NCBI RefSeq assembly: GCF_006345805.1
Contig: NW_021836871.1
Span: 1-36,996, forward strand
Length of the DNA: 36,996 nucleotides
From: Octopus sinensis
Taxonomy: Eukaryota
Direction of reading: 5' to 3'
Shown: piece by piece, positions 25,014-36,996 of the stretch
Layout: every line of letters starts with the position of its first letter
Numbering within the stretch: position 1 is the first letter of the stretch
The notes under the pieces: model-generated
Told to the model about the DNA's origin: nothing
Databases searched by the model: none
Seen by the model: only the letters and a program-made list of their open reading frames with translations
Program-made: the position numbers and the translations under genes

Positions 25014-25071
25014 CTGCAAGGACGTGTATAATTACAGCTTGCTAAACACACAGCTGAAGCAGAACGTGAAG
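25014..25071 (-). CDS. Host-gene exon A (58 nt, phase 1 to 2): SRSASAVCLASCNYTRPC
   Basis: Acceptor tttttcttctaattttgcag with a ctaat branch-like motif, donor CAG|gtaaga. The other two frames contain stops. Confidence 0.8.
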
Positions 25072-25447
25072 CTGCAAAATTAGAAGAAAAATAGATATAA
25101 CAATAAAGATATTTGATAGAGGCTCAAGGCCAAATATTTCATTGTATTGATTCAAGTACTTGGTTGGTACTTATTTCATAAGAGACAACCATTGATAGAA
25201 ATGAACTAAGAACAAAGAAAGATAAAAGGCATTTTATCTGTCCCTGGACTGATTCTACCAATTCATCAGCCACCTCCAACATATGCCTAGTCCTTATCTT
25301 ATTGATAGAAAGAGGCCAAAGCAATGATGATTAAAGCCTAAAAGAAAGAGCTCTAATAAAGATACAATTAGAAATATAATAAAAAGATAATATAAGAGGG
25401 CACATTGCACTTTCAGGATCAATATGCTTTATTATATATCTTGACTC

Positions 25448-25560
25448 TACCAAATTAGATGGGACTAATTTTTAAAATTTAATTAATGGCATGGTATTAC
25501 TGTTATTTTTTTACTTATGCTATACATATATACATACATACATATATACATATATATATA
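25448..25560. repeat. Direct repeat, copy 1 (copy 2 at 26794-~26900)
   Basis: taccaaattagatgg(g/t)actaatttttaaaat...tattactgttattttttacttatgctatacata is repeated 1346 bp apart and continues into microsatellite. Confidence 0.85.
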
Positions 25561-25744
25561 CACACACACACATATATACAGACACATATATATACACACA
25601 CACATACATACACACACACATATACACACACACATACATACACACACATATATACAGACACATATATATACACACACATATATATAAACACACATATATA
25701 TATATATGACTTCATAACTTAAAATTGAATAGAAGATCTGAAAT

Positions 25745-25790
25745 CCACCTGATGAATGTCCTTAGAAGAGACACGAAGCAATTGTAGTGG
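25745..25790 (+). ncRNA. Degenerate minimal type I hammerhead ribozyme
   Basis: CCAC-CUGAUGA-AUGUC-loop-GACAC-GAAG-CAAUUG-UA-GUGG. Stem I has 4 bp and stem III is palindromic. Defects: A10.1-C11.1 mismatch and A15.1 changed to G. Confidence 0.68.
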
Positions 25791-25974
25791 CGAATTTAAT
25801 TTTATTTAATTTATATAAAATTTTTTATGTATTGGATTAAGTCTTTCTTTGTTTGATTTGCATAATAGTGGTTTTGCCTCTAATTAATATTATATAATAT
25901 TTTACTATAAAATTGGATTCAATCCTAAATCTGATTTTTCCCTGTAAATTTGGATTTATTCCCTAATATTTTAT

Positions 25975-26007
<33 letters not shown>

Positions 26008-26064
26008 GGAAAAATTGAAAAGGAGAGAAATGCTCAAGATGTTATTAAATCATTTATATCTTCG

Positions 26065-26156
26065 TATCTCCTACACATGTTTCGATGGATGTATTCAAAA
26101 TACGTTTGCCCGGATGAGTAATGGTCAACTATGCATCAATCTCATCAGGGAGCATA
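26065..26156 (-). ncRNA. Type I hammerhead ribozyme, intact core
   Basis: UAUGCUCC-CUGAUGA-GAUUGAUGCAU...AUACAUCCAUC-GAAA-CAUGUG-UA-GGAGAUA. Stem II has 9 of 11 pairs, stem I has 7 bp with one bulge, and the triplet is GUA (cut between 26072 and 26071). Confidence 0.82.
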
Positions 26157-26559
26157 TAAACACCAGTACTCATCAAATAGACATTTTAACAAATATAGGA
26201 AACCCCAGAAAATGTGACGTATATATATGCATACACACACACACACACACACACATACATGCAACATATGTTCGGTTGATAATTCCATATGGTAAGCAGA
26301 TCAAACCCAACCTCCCTTACCAGTTTTGTGAAGCAATAAGAATTTCCCCAAAAATTCAAGATACTAGTCTATTATCAATTCACACCAAATCAGAATAGGG
26401 TTTTCAAACACAAAAACCTTTCACAAATCGTCTCTTTCCATAACAATAAGTTGTTAACTACAAATCCACTTAATAATATCAATGTTATTTTCATTAACAC
26501 CAACCATTCTTTGAACAATAATAACAACAATATTAGTATTTCTGACATAAATTCCATTC

Positions 26560-26795
26560 GCATTTGTTTCCTTACCAGTAATACTAAGATTAGAAACTCT
26601 GTTTATCAATGTAAAATTACTTCCAGTTCTGACGTCTTTTTTTACTTAGGTAGTTCTTCATCTCAGTTGTTCAAAAGAATATCTAACTATTACTCTACAT
26701 TTAAACGTATCAATAAACGCAACAATAATGGGCTTAGTAAATTAATTTGGTCTCTGAAGGAACATAATAAACAATTTTATTTGAAATGGAATATA
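26560..26795 (+). pseudogene. Penelope-like element GIY-YIG endonuclease remnant
   Basis: NSVYQCKITSSSDVFFYLGSSSSQLFKRISNYYSTFK...GLSKLIWSLKEHNKQFYLKWNI matches the PLE pattern VY..YxG..F.kR..H..sF..LSk.IW.LK..I.W.I. Confidence 0.8.
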
Positions 26796-26912
26796 CCAAA
26801 TTAGATGGTACTAATTTTTAAAATCTAATTAATGGTGTGGTATTACTGTTATTTTTTACTTATGCTATACATACATTCATATACATACACATATATATAC
26901 ACACACACACAG

Positions 26913-26951
<39 letters not shown>

Positions 26952-27619
26952 TATATCTAGGTCCTTTCCATATGATAAAGGTAAAACTTCTTGTCTGCTC
27001 TGTAACGAAGAACTCTATCTCATCCTGTTTTCAGAGAATTCTCTTGTAAACACATTTAAACAACACAGATACCATTGCAAACATTGGCAAAAACATACCT
27101 TTAGTTCCTATAAGTAATTTCCCCCAAACTATAAAATCCGAACTTTAACTGAAATGTATCTATTTCCATGCCTTTAAGTCATATTCTCATTCATCTATCA
27201 CACTACATTTCTCCGCTCTTGATTTTCTGCTAATTTCTTTCTTTCTATTCCTCCTCTTTCTCTAAATTGCATTTCACATTCAATTTATTCACAGTCTTTT
27301 TTAAAAAATAACTTATCAGCATTCCCTGCATCATATATGCAGTAATCACATTCGACTGAAACGGCTTATTGATGTCATTTGTTTATCTTATTTTCCCTGA
27401 TGAGAAGATCGCATTGCTTCACATCATTTTATTCCATCTGGAATAATAACAATGCTTCCTTTGAAACATATGTAGGAAGTATGAACATTTGAATAACACC
27501 TGTGTTTAACTCCATTACTTTTCACCACAATACAAAAATACTTCACTAAATCCTGCAATTTCTACCTTTGTATAAGGGCTGGGACATCATTTGTACATGT
27601 CAAATTTTTCCAAGTACAC

Positions 27620-28037
27620 ATACATTTATATATATACTTACATATATATATACACATAGATACATATATGTATATATACACACACACATATATATATGTA
27701 CATATACATATATATATGTATGCAGATACATATATATATGCACATATATATAAGCACACAAACACACACATATATATAAATACATATATACATATCTACA
27801 TATGCACAAACATATATGTATGCACATACATATGCATGCACACATATATATATGCACACATATATATGCACATATATATATATATATATACACACATATA
27901 TATATATGCATATAAATATATATATATAAGCATACATATATATACACATACATATATATATGAACACACATATATATATATGCATATAAATATATATATA
28001 TAAGCATACATATATATACACATACATATATATATGA

Positions 28038-28078
<41 letters not shown>

Positions 28079-28088
28079 TGTGCATATA

Positions 28089-28175
<87 letters not shown>
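27620..28175. repeat. Compound TA/CA microsatellite
   Basis: Direct reading. Confidence 0.92.
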
Positions 28176-28176
<1 letters not shown>

Positions 28177-28535
28177 CGGTTATAAAATGAGATAGGGGTT
28201 GAAAATTCAACCCACCATGGATAACATATATCCTATATACTGCTAGAGAGGTACCCAACAAGACTAATACATAAATGTTAAAAATTGCCATGCAATTAAT
28301 TCAACTACTGTATTATGTGGGCAAAGGTAAAAATATTACCGTAAATTAATACTACAAAATTAGAAAATGGAGAAACATACTTAAATCAATCAAACATCAA
28401 CCATCAGATGATACCCAATCAATACTTTATTACACCACCATACATAACAGCAAAGGATTATACAAAATATATTGTAAATGTAATTAGACAAGGAAATAGA
28501 AATATAAAATATAAAATATAATATATAATTATATC

Positions 28536-28652
28536 ATATCTGACAGCTGTTTCGGCCGTAAGGACAAGTATGCCTCATTTAACTTATAAGCCATATAAGG
28601 CAGGTATAAATGAGACATTAACAAGGATGTCCCACGGCCTCTTCAGAGAATT
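28536..28652 (-). ncRNA. Type I hammerhead ribozyme, intact core, extended stem II
   Basis: UCU-CUGAAGA-GGCCGUGGGACA...UGUCCUUACGGCC-GAAA-CAGCUG-UC-AGA. GUC triplet (cut between 28542 and 28541). Stem I has only 3 bp. Confidence 0.87.
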
Positions 28653-28989
28653 TAATTTATTATAAGTGAGAAAAAAAATTTTTTTTTATACATATAAATA
28701 TAAAAATATAAAATATAAAAACGTGTGCATAGACACTCATAACACTACACATATATATATACTCATTAATACAATAATACAAAATAAACAAAACAAAATA
28801 TATCAATATATATTAACAAACACAGTTATTCTACATATTGGGCTTCTAGTTCCAAAACTAACCTACAGGAAAATATATGCACACTCACATTTAAATTTAA
28901 ATCAGACATATACATAAAAAATAATAAAAAAACACACAGTTCAGTTCATAAAATTATAAACCTATAAAAGTCAATAAAAATATAATATT

Positions 28990-28990
28990 A

Positions 28991-29057
<67 letters not shown>
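28990..29057. repeat. (AAT)n microsatellite
   Basis: Direct reading. Confidence 0.95.
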
Positions 29058-29058
<1 letters not shown>

Positions 29059-29879
29059 CAACCATGTCTGTACCAAGCACATCAGTCGGACATCTACATA
29101 TCTATAAGTCTGATTCTTCTGTCCGCTTGATATTGATTATTCTAGATTGATTCGATTTGCTTATAGTTTTAAATTTGAATCACAAAAGAAATTTTACGGT
29201 TAGTTAGTCAAGAAACGCACATACGCACATCCACAGATCAATCACACATACATACATAATTATATGTATACACATACACATACATATCCACAAACACCGT
29301 CAAACACATAAATAATTAAATAATAAAAGAGGTATAATCGTAACTATGCAGCCATCAAGCCTCTCCAAAATGACAACAATGCCACTATATTAACTAAGAA
29401 GATCCACTCACACATATTTCCATAAAAATATTTGTTATAAAGATACATATATTTATATATCAAGACATAGAATGTAAATTTTTCGTAGGGTACACAATGC
29501 ATATGACACCGTTTTTTCTGTAGTCATAGTATTACATAACATAACGTTTACTGATTTCACCGTAATTTGCTATAATCACATGTACGCTAAGTTATAAAGT
29601 ATAGATTAAACATTTTTGTTTGACTATCAATAGACATAGAAACATACATATACTAAATTGACATCGGTTTATAGCAATTAAATTATAAGAGATTAATTAT
29701 TATAGGGTAGGCCTATTATTAATAACATAAATGAAAAAAATTTCTTTTGCATTCACAAACTACCGTACACTTTCTCTAGATTTAAATAGAACTTAGCTTT
29801 TCTACTAGTAATATTTTAACTCCCTTCTGTATCTAATTATACTAGTAGTCTTCTACAATTTTAAAACATGCAACTTATA

Positions 29880-30112
29880 AATTTATACACGCACATACAC
29901 ATACATATCAATATATACACATACATATATATGAACACATATATATATATACATACATATATACACATATATGTGTATATATATATATGTGTATATATAT
30001 ATATATACACACATATGTGTATATATATATATAATATATATACATACACATATATATATCCACATATATATATACTTGTATACATATGTATATATATACA
30101 CACATAAATACG

Positions 30113-30150
<38 letters not shown>

Positions 30151-30335
30151 TATATATATACATATATATACATGCAAATATACATACACATATATACATA
30201 CATATATATACATACTCATAAACATACACATATATACATACATATATATATATATACATAAATATATATATTCACATATATGCATACATATATATATAAA
30301 TATACACATATATACATACATATATATATATATAT
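29880..30335. repeat. Compound TA/TACA microsatellite
   Basis: Direct reading. Confidence 0.93.
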
Positions 30336-31970
30336 ATAAAACTCTGTACGTTGACTTGGAGACAGCCTTTGACAGGGTCCCCCGTTCCCTTATCTGGTGG
30401 TCAATGAGGAAACTAGGGATAGATGAATGGTTAGTGAGAGCTGTGCGGGCCATGTACAGGGACGCTGTTAGTAAGGTGAGGGTTGGCAAGGAGTACAGTG
30501 AAGAATTCCGGGTGGAGGTTGGGGTCCACCAAGGCTCAGTCCTCAGCCCCCTCCTATTTATCATAGTCCTCCAGGCAATAACGGAGGAATTCAAGACAGG
30601 ATGCCCCTGGGAGCTCCTCTATGCTGATGACCTTGCTCTAATTGCTGAATCACTATCAGAACTCGAGGAGAAGTTTCAGGCGTGGAAGCAAGGATTAGAA
30701 TCGAAGGGCCTTAGAGTCAATCTAGCTAAAACCAAAGTCCTAATAAGTAGGAAGGCAGACAAATCTCAAACGCCTTCAGGTAATTGGCCCTGCTCGATCT
30801 GTAGAAAAGGCGTAGGTGGGAACTCCATAATATGCACCAAGTGTAAGCTATAGACACATAAGAGGTGCAGCAATGTCAAAGGAAGGCTAACTAGGAATAT
30901 AGTTCTTGTATGTGGCAGATACTCTGGTGCAATAAACACTGACAATGCGCAGAGATCATCTTCCACCACATTCCAGGGAGAAAAACTTGAAATAGTTGAT
31001 AGTTTCTGTTACCTTGGTGACCAAGTCAGTAGCGGGGGTGGGTGTGCTGAAAGCGTAACTGCTAGAGTAAGAATAGCCTGGGCAAAGTTCAGAGAGCTCT
31101 CACCTCTGCTGGTGACAAAAGGCCTCTCGCTCAGAGTAAAAGGCAGACTGTATGATGCATGTGTGCGAACAGCCATGCTACACGGAAGTGAAACATGGGC
31201 CATGAGGATATGCGTAAGCTCGCAAGAAATGAAGCCAGTATGCTCCAATGGATGTGTAATGTCAGTGTTCATACCCGACAGATTATAAGTGCCTTGAGAG
31301 AAAACTTGGACCTAAGAAGCATCAGATGTGGTGTGCAAGAGAGGCATCTACGCTGGTATGGACACGTGGTAAGAATGGATGAAGATAGTTGTGTGAAAAA
31401 GTGCCACACCATAGTGGTCGAGGGAACCTGTGGAAGAGGTAGACCCAGAAAAACCTGGGTTGAGGTGGTGAAGAACGACCTTCGCTCTTTAGGTCTCACC
31501 GAGGAAATGACCAGAGACCGAGACCTTTGGAAGTATGCTATGCATGAGAAGACCCGACAGGACAAGTGAGGCCATAACCCATGGCCCCTACCTGGGACGT
31601 AGTCAGTCCACCTGTGCATACCTTCCTTCTTGGGACACATAACTCTACTTGTGAAGACCTGTTGAGGCAAGTGAAAATCAAAGAATCAAATCAAAATCGA
31701 AATTGATCAACATCAATTGAATTTGTAGTTTTGTGGTACCAGTGCCGGTGACACATAAGAAAACCATCCGAACGTGACCGTAGCCAGTACCGCATCGATT
31801 GGCCTCCGTGCTGGTGGTACGTAACAAACACCATCCGATCGTGGCCGTGCCAGCCTCGCCTGGCCTCCGTGTCGGTGGCACGTAAAAAAACACCATCCGA
31901 GCATGGCCGTTCACCAGCCTCAACTGGCACTTGTGTCGGTGGCACATATGTTAAACGATGATGATGATGA
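30336..31970 (+). mobile_element. RTE family B LINE, 5' truncated in RT, with C-terminus, 3' UTR and (GAT)n tail
   Basis: YVDLETAFDRVPR, GVHQGSVLSPLLF, LLYADDLAL, RLRWYGHVVRM and RGRPRKTW. Ends gttaaacgatgatgatg. Confidence 0.93.
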
Positions 31971-31983
31971 TATTTATATATAT

Positions 31984-33135
31984 ACGGACTATTTGTTCCA
32001 TGACTTTGCTGATGTGTGAGGTAGGAGAGATAGACCTATCATTTTTAGCATCTGCTCTGCTTCCTTCTTTATGGATAGGGCATATCCCTTCTTTCAATTT
32101 GACTGGGAGCTTACCACTTGCAAGAAAGCTCTGAAGAAGAAGCTGTAGCAGTTTTGCAAGGGCTCGTTTGCACGATTTGAAAAGGATCGCTGGAAATCCA
32201 TCAGGTGCAGCAGCTAAGTTTTTGTCCATCTCATCTATGGCCAGTGTGATATCATCATCTTCAATGTTGATGTACTGAATTTTTGCCTCTTTGGCTACAG
32301 GTAAAGTGGCAAAGAATTCTTCTGGTTTGTTTACTTGCCTGTGTCCTAGAGGTGTAGTGAACACACTTTCGACTGTTTGTTCAGTATTTCACTTATCCTC
32401 ATAGGATCTCCTGTGAGGGAACCATCTTTTTGGAAAAGAGGTCCTATCCTTTGGTGCACTGCAGCCATTTGGCAAATTTAATGAAGGCCTTAGGGTTTGA
32501 CTTGATATTTTCTATAACCCAAGCTTCTGTATCTGTTTTCTCCTTTTCATGAGACTGATGCAGACTTGTTTCAATTTCCATTAGCATTCTCTCGAGGTGA
32601 GACTTCTCACCACTTTTGGTGTGCTTGCTCAGGCGGTTTGCAACCCTTGTCTGTCGTCTCATAAGAATCTTCCTTGTGTGTGCTGGCCCTGCACACTGGG
32701 ACATATTTGTCACATATGGCTTGTATTATGGACATGAAACGTTTGTGTTTCATGTCAGTGTCTGGTGTGGAGAGACATTTAGGCCCATCCTGTTTGAGGA
32801 GCTCTTCCTCAATCAACTTCCAATTTGCCTTATGAAAGTTTAGTTTGGAGAGATTGTGGATGCTTTGCATAGACTGTGCAATTGTATACATAGACAGCTC
32901 TATTATATTGTGTTCCGAGACCAATGTTGGCATCGTTTTAACATTATGGATAATGTCCATATTGTTTGTGAAGCAGAGATCCAGTATAATATTTGCCCTG
33001 GTTGGTTGCAGCACAATTTGCTCCATGAAAGAGGCATTTGTGAGGTGGAGCAGGGTCTACACCAGTGTTTGCTGATGGGGTGTCATCTCTGGGAGCATCT
33101 GCCCCCGCCCCAGGCCATTTCACATTGGGTAAGTC
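31984..33135 (-). mobile_element. CR1-like LINE fragment (endonuclease end to pre-RT region), decayed
   Basis: PTRANIILDLCFTNN, LNFHKANWKLI, IENIKSNPKAF and AAPDGFPAILFK. Collinear with 16000-16900. Confidence 0.87.
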
Positions 33136-33227
33136 ACCCATCAAGAATATAGTGTTGTTTATACATATATATACATATACATATAAATACATACATATAT
33201 AAATATACATACTTACAAACATATATA

Positions 33228-33634
33228 CTCTTTTACTCTTTTACTTGTTTCAGTCATTTAACTGTGGCCATGCTGGAGTACCGCCTTTAGTCGAGCAACT
33301 CGACCCCGGGACTTATTCTTTGTAAGCCCAGTACTTATTCTATCGGTCTCTTTGGCCAAACCGTTAAGTGACGGAGACATAAACACACCCGTATCGGTTG
33401 TCAAGCAATGCTAGGGAGGGCCAAACACAGACACACAAACACATACACACATATATATATATACATATATACGACAGGCTTCTTTCAGTTTCCGTCTACC
33501 AAATCCACTCACAAGGCTTTGGTCGGCCCGAGGCTATAGTAGAAGACACTTGCCCAAGGTGCCACGCAGTGGGACTGAACCCGGAACCATGTGGTTGGTA
33601 AGCAAGCTACTTACCACACAGCCACTCCTGCACC
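33228..33634 (-). mobile_element. Full-length tRNA-derived SINE, family A
   Basis: Same head, B box and tail as 13821-14233. Confidence 0.92.
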
Positions 33635-33679
33635 TATATTATACATATATAATACATATATATATATACATACATATAT

Positions 33680-33681
33680 AC

Positions 33682-33714
<33 letters not shown>

Positions 33715-33790
33715 AATAGATAGATAGATAGATAGATAGATATATAGATAGATAGATAGATAAATATGGATAGATAGATAGATAGATAGG
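33680..33790. repeat. (TAGA)n microsatellite
   Basis: Direct reading. Confidence 0.93.
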
Positions 33791-34108
33791 TTTAAGAGAC
33801 AGAATCACCCTCAAGCAAACTCAATCATCATTGAATGACATTATCCACGATAGGTACATATAGAACTAAATATTAAAATTATCAAAATTAGTACCTACAA
33901 TTCTTATTCCAAATTATCCAAAATTAATACCTTGAATTCTTATTTCAAATCATATACTTTACATTATCTAGACTACAAGCGTTTAGTGACAACGTATTCC
34001 TCGATATTGCTGAAATAGAATCACTCTAAATACAATACCATATTAAAACGATTATATTGTCAATCTTCAGCTCTATCTTATATGAATTTATTTTGCTATT
34101 TAGTGGAT

Positions 34109-34193
34109 ATAATTCTTATTAACTGTTAATAAGAATTATCTTATGTAGGGGAGATAATTCTTATTAAATGTTAATATGAATTATCTCCCTACA
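34109..34193. repeat. Two tandem copies of an AT-rich palindrome
   Basis: ataattcttattaac-t-gttaataagaattat has perfect 15-bp arms. A second, longer imperfect copy spans 34144-34193. Confidence 0.85.
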
Positions 34194-34426
34194 AAGTAGC
34201 TCTCAACGTTGGATTATACAATTGCTGGTAGCCGTGTTTAATGCATGGAGAGAAAATTACCATACATATGTATACATATGTATGTATGTATATAGATCGT
34301 TATTGTGTGTGTTATTTGTGTGTTTTTTTTTACTACAAATAAATGAAAGAATGGAGTTGAACGACGAATTAACAAAATTCCTTTATTTTATTTTCGACAT
34401 ATGTTTCGAAGGCTGCATATTCCTAA

Positions 34427-36197
34427 TTTATTTGGAAGGCGGCTGATGTTGAACCATTGTGCTGTATGGTGCCTTGCATATCATCATGGAAAGACTTGAT
34501 GATCCTCAGCAGCTTTGGTGGACATCCGATTTTTTGGTGCAGGATGAAGAGGCCTTTTCTACTTACCGAGTCAAAGGTCTTTGTCAGATTAATGAAGGCC
34601 ATATATAATGGCATTTTCTGCTATCTGGACTTGTCCTGAAGTTGGCGTATGGAGAATATCATGTCAATAGTTGATCTACTTCTTCAAAAGTCACACTGCG
34701 ATTTCGGATAGATTCGAGAAGCAAGTAGTTGTAGCTTGGCCAGGATAACGTGAGCAAAGGTCTTTCCAACATTGCTTAGAAGAGATATTTCACGGTAATT
34801 GTTACAATCACCACGGTCACCTTTGTTTTTGTAAAGCGTAATGATGTTAGCATCCCGCATATCCTGAGGGACTGTACCCTCTTCCCAGCACTGACACAGA
34901 AGCTGATGAAGGTGCCGAAGCAAGATAGTGTTTTTCCGGTTTTGATGAACTCTGAGGGGATGCCGTCTTTTCCCGGAGCTTTGTTACTTGCTAGGGAGTC
35001 AATAGCCTTGGTAAGCTCTGCTATAGATGGCAGACTGTCAAGTTCACACATGACTGGCAAGATCTTGACACCCTCGATTGCAACCTCAGCTACTGTAGTC
35101 TCCCGTGAGCAGAGATCCTGGTAGTGCTCCACCCATCTATCCATTTGCTTGCGTTGATCCCTGATGAGATCTCCAGTAGTTGATTTCAGAGGGGCTGACT
35201 TGGTTGCGGATGGACCGAGGGCCTTATTCAAACCAGCATACATCCCATGGGTGTCGCCCCTGTCAGCAGCTGACTGGATACTCTGACAGATTTCCTGCCA
35301 ATACCTATATGCACAGCATCTGGCTGTCAGTTGGGCTTCATTTCTTGCCTTTCTGAGTTCTTCGAGTGACTTTGTAGAAGAATCACTCTTGTATTGCATC
35401 AGAGCTGCACGCTTTGCTTCGATAACTGGCTCCAGCTCTGAGAGCCCAGCACTGAACCAATCTGTGTTTTGCCTTTCTCTCATGCCGAAAGTATCTATTG
35501 ATGTGGTATACAAAGCTTCCCTGATATAATTCCACCTACTTTCAGCAGAGGAGGTTGGGCAGCCACTGAGGGCAACCTTGATAGAAACAGCAAAACATTT
35601 TCGCAGTGTAGGGTTCGAAGTTCTGGCAGTGTTAATGCATGGTTGGCCCACTTTCTTGGAGCGATGGACTTTTTTAGGTAGAATCCTCACCCTACTTCTA
35701 ATTAGTGAGTGGTCTTTGTCACAATCCGCGCTGTGGTAACTGCGGGTCAATAGAGTAGAATTCAGGAAGCATCTCCGTGTAATGATGAGATCCAGTTGAT
35801 GCCAGTGGTGAGATCTTGGATGTCTCCAAGATGCCTTGTGGGATGGCTTGTTGGCAAAGAATGTGTTTGTGATGCACAGGTTATGGTATGTGCAGAATTC
35901 GAGTAGTCTCTGACCATTGTCATTCATGTTGCCAATACCAAAGTGTCCAACACAAATGGGCCACGAATCATGGTCAGATCCCACGCGAGTGTTAAAATCC
36001 CCTAGAAGGTAGATATTTTCAGTCGTTGGTATATTTTCTATGACACAGTTGAGATCTTTGTAGAACTGGTCCTTGGTCTCCTCTGAGCTGTAGAGAGTGG
36101 GAGCATAGATGCTGAGTAGATGTACTGAGCCAGAAGAAGTCGAGAGGCGCAGTGAGAGGATACACTCAGTGCCTCCTGATGGTGGTTCTATTAAACA
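34427..36197 (-). mobile_element. RTE family A LINE (second copy, inverted relative to 8690-10610)
   Basis: Endonuclease SIYAPTL...LLGDFNTRVG...NGQRLLEFC...SADCDKDH through the start of RT. Highly similar to the plus-strand copy. Confidence 0.93.
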
Positions 36198-36349
36198 TAA
36201 ATGATGATGATGATGATGATGATGATAAATAAATAAATGCAGTTAAACGCAGTGGCTGCTCAAATTCTTTTACTTTCGACACATGATTCAAAGATATCAC
36301 TGGTATTATTCCAAAGGAATAAAATGGTGTAAAACAATGTAATCTTTTT

Positions 36350-36359
36350 TACGTATATA

Positions 36360-36425
<66 letters not shown>

Positions 36426-36472
36426 CATTTACATATATCTTATATATATATCTATATACATATACATATATC

Positions 36473-36506
<34 letters not shown>

Positions 36507-36720
36507 CATATATCTATATATATATATATATATACATATATCTATATATATATATATATACATATATATTATATATATTATACATATATCTATATATAAT
36601 ATACATATATATACATATATCTATCTATATATATATGTGTGTACATATATATATATATATATATAATATATATTATATATGTGTAACATATTATATATAT
36701 ATATATATAATATATATATC
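36350..36720. repeat. (TA)n-rich microsatellite
   Basis: Direct reading. Confidence 0.93.
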
Positions 36721-36721
36721 C

Positions 36722-36996
36722 TTAAATCCTTAAAATGTTTTAGCCGAAGGCCGCAGCCATGTGCTTGCGGCGGGCAGACCCCACTGCCGACCGCTGAATG
36801 AGCTACACTAGTTTGTGAATCCACCTCTGATACGTGGCACTTGATCAACAAGGGAGTTCGATGCTGCTGCCCGCATCACGTCCCACGTCTCGTGAGTGTG
36901 TGGTTCATCTGGGACCCCAACAAGAAGAGATCCAGTTTAGTTTTAAGAAACCAACATCCATCCACACCATGTAGTATCTCTCAGGCATTAGGGAGG
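36722..36996 (-). mobile_element. 3' end of a CR1-like LINE, running off the window edge
   Basis: gagttcgatgctgctgccc...tggttcatctggga matches the 14900-14960 3' UTR of the CR1-like copy. Confidence 0.65.

Noticed and set aside
27355-27425. CTGATGA at ~27397 as another hammerhead
   Set aside because: The gaag/cttc stem is not followed by GAAA, and no stem I or stem III pairing can be built.

Overview
Eukaryotic, AT-rich, repeat-saturated DNA. The SINE, LINE and microsatellite content resembles octopus (coleoid cephalopod) genomes; this is an inference from recalled repeat families, not a search result. Most ORFs in the supplied track are translated (TA)n/(TACA)n microsatellite and are not genes. 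The window holds decayed LINEs (two RTE-clade families and a CR1-like family), tRNA-derived SINEs, Helitron pieces, a ~349-bp satellite and Penelope-like (PLE) remnants. Two signals are not explained by the ORF track. (1) Six small minus-strand exons, with canonical splice sites and compatible phases, splice into an unnamed protein with three 6-cysteine modules, each encoded by one exon pair. (2) There are five type I hammerhead ribozyme motifs plus one half-motif, all with a self-complementary stem III. One with an intact core lies in the spacer of a ~470-bp foldback element with ~110-bp terminal inverted repeats. All alignments and folds were done by eye. Frequent homopolymer indels suggest a noisy long-read assembly.
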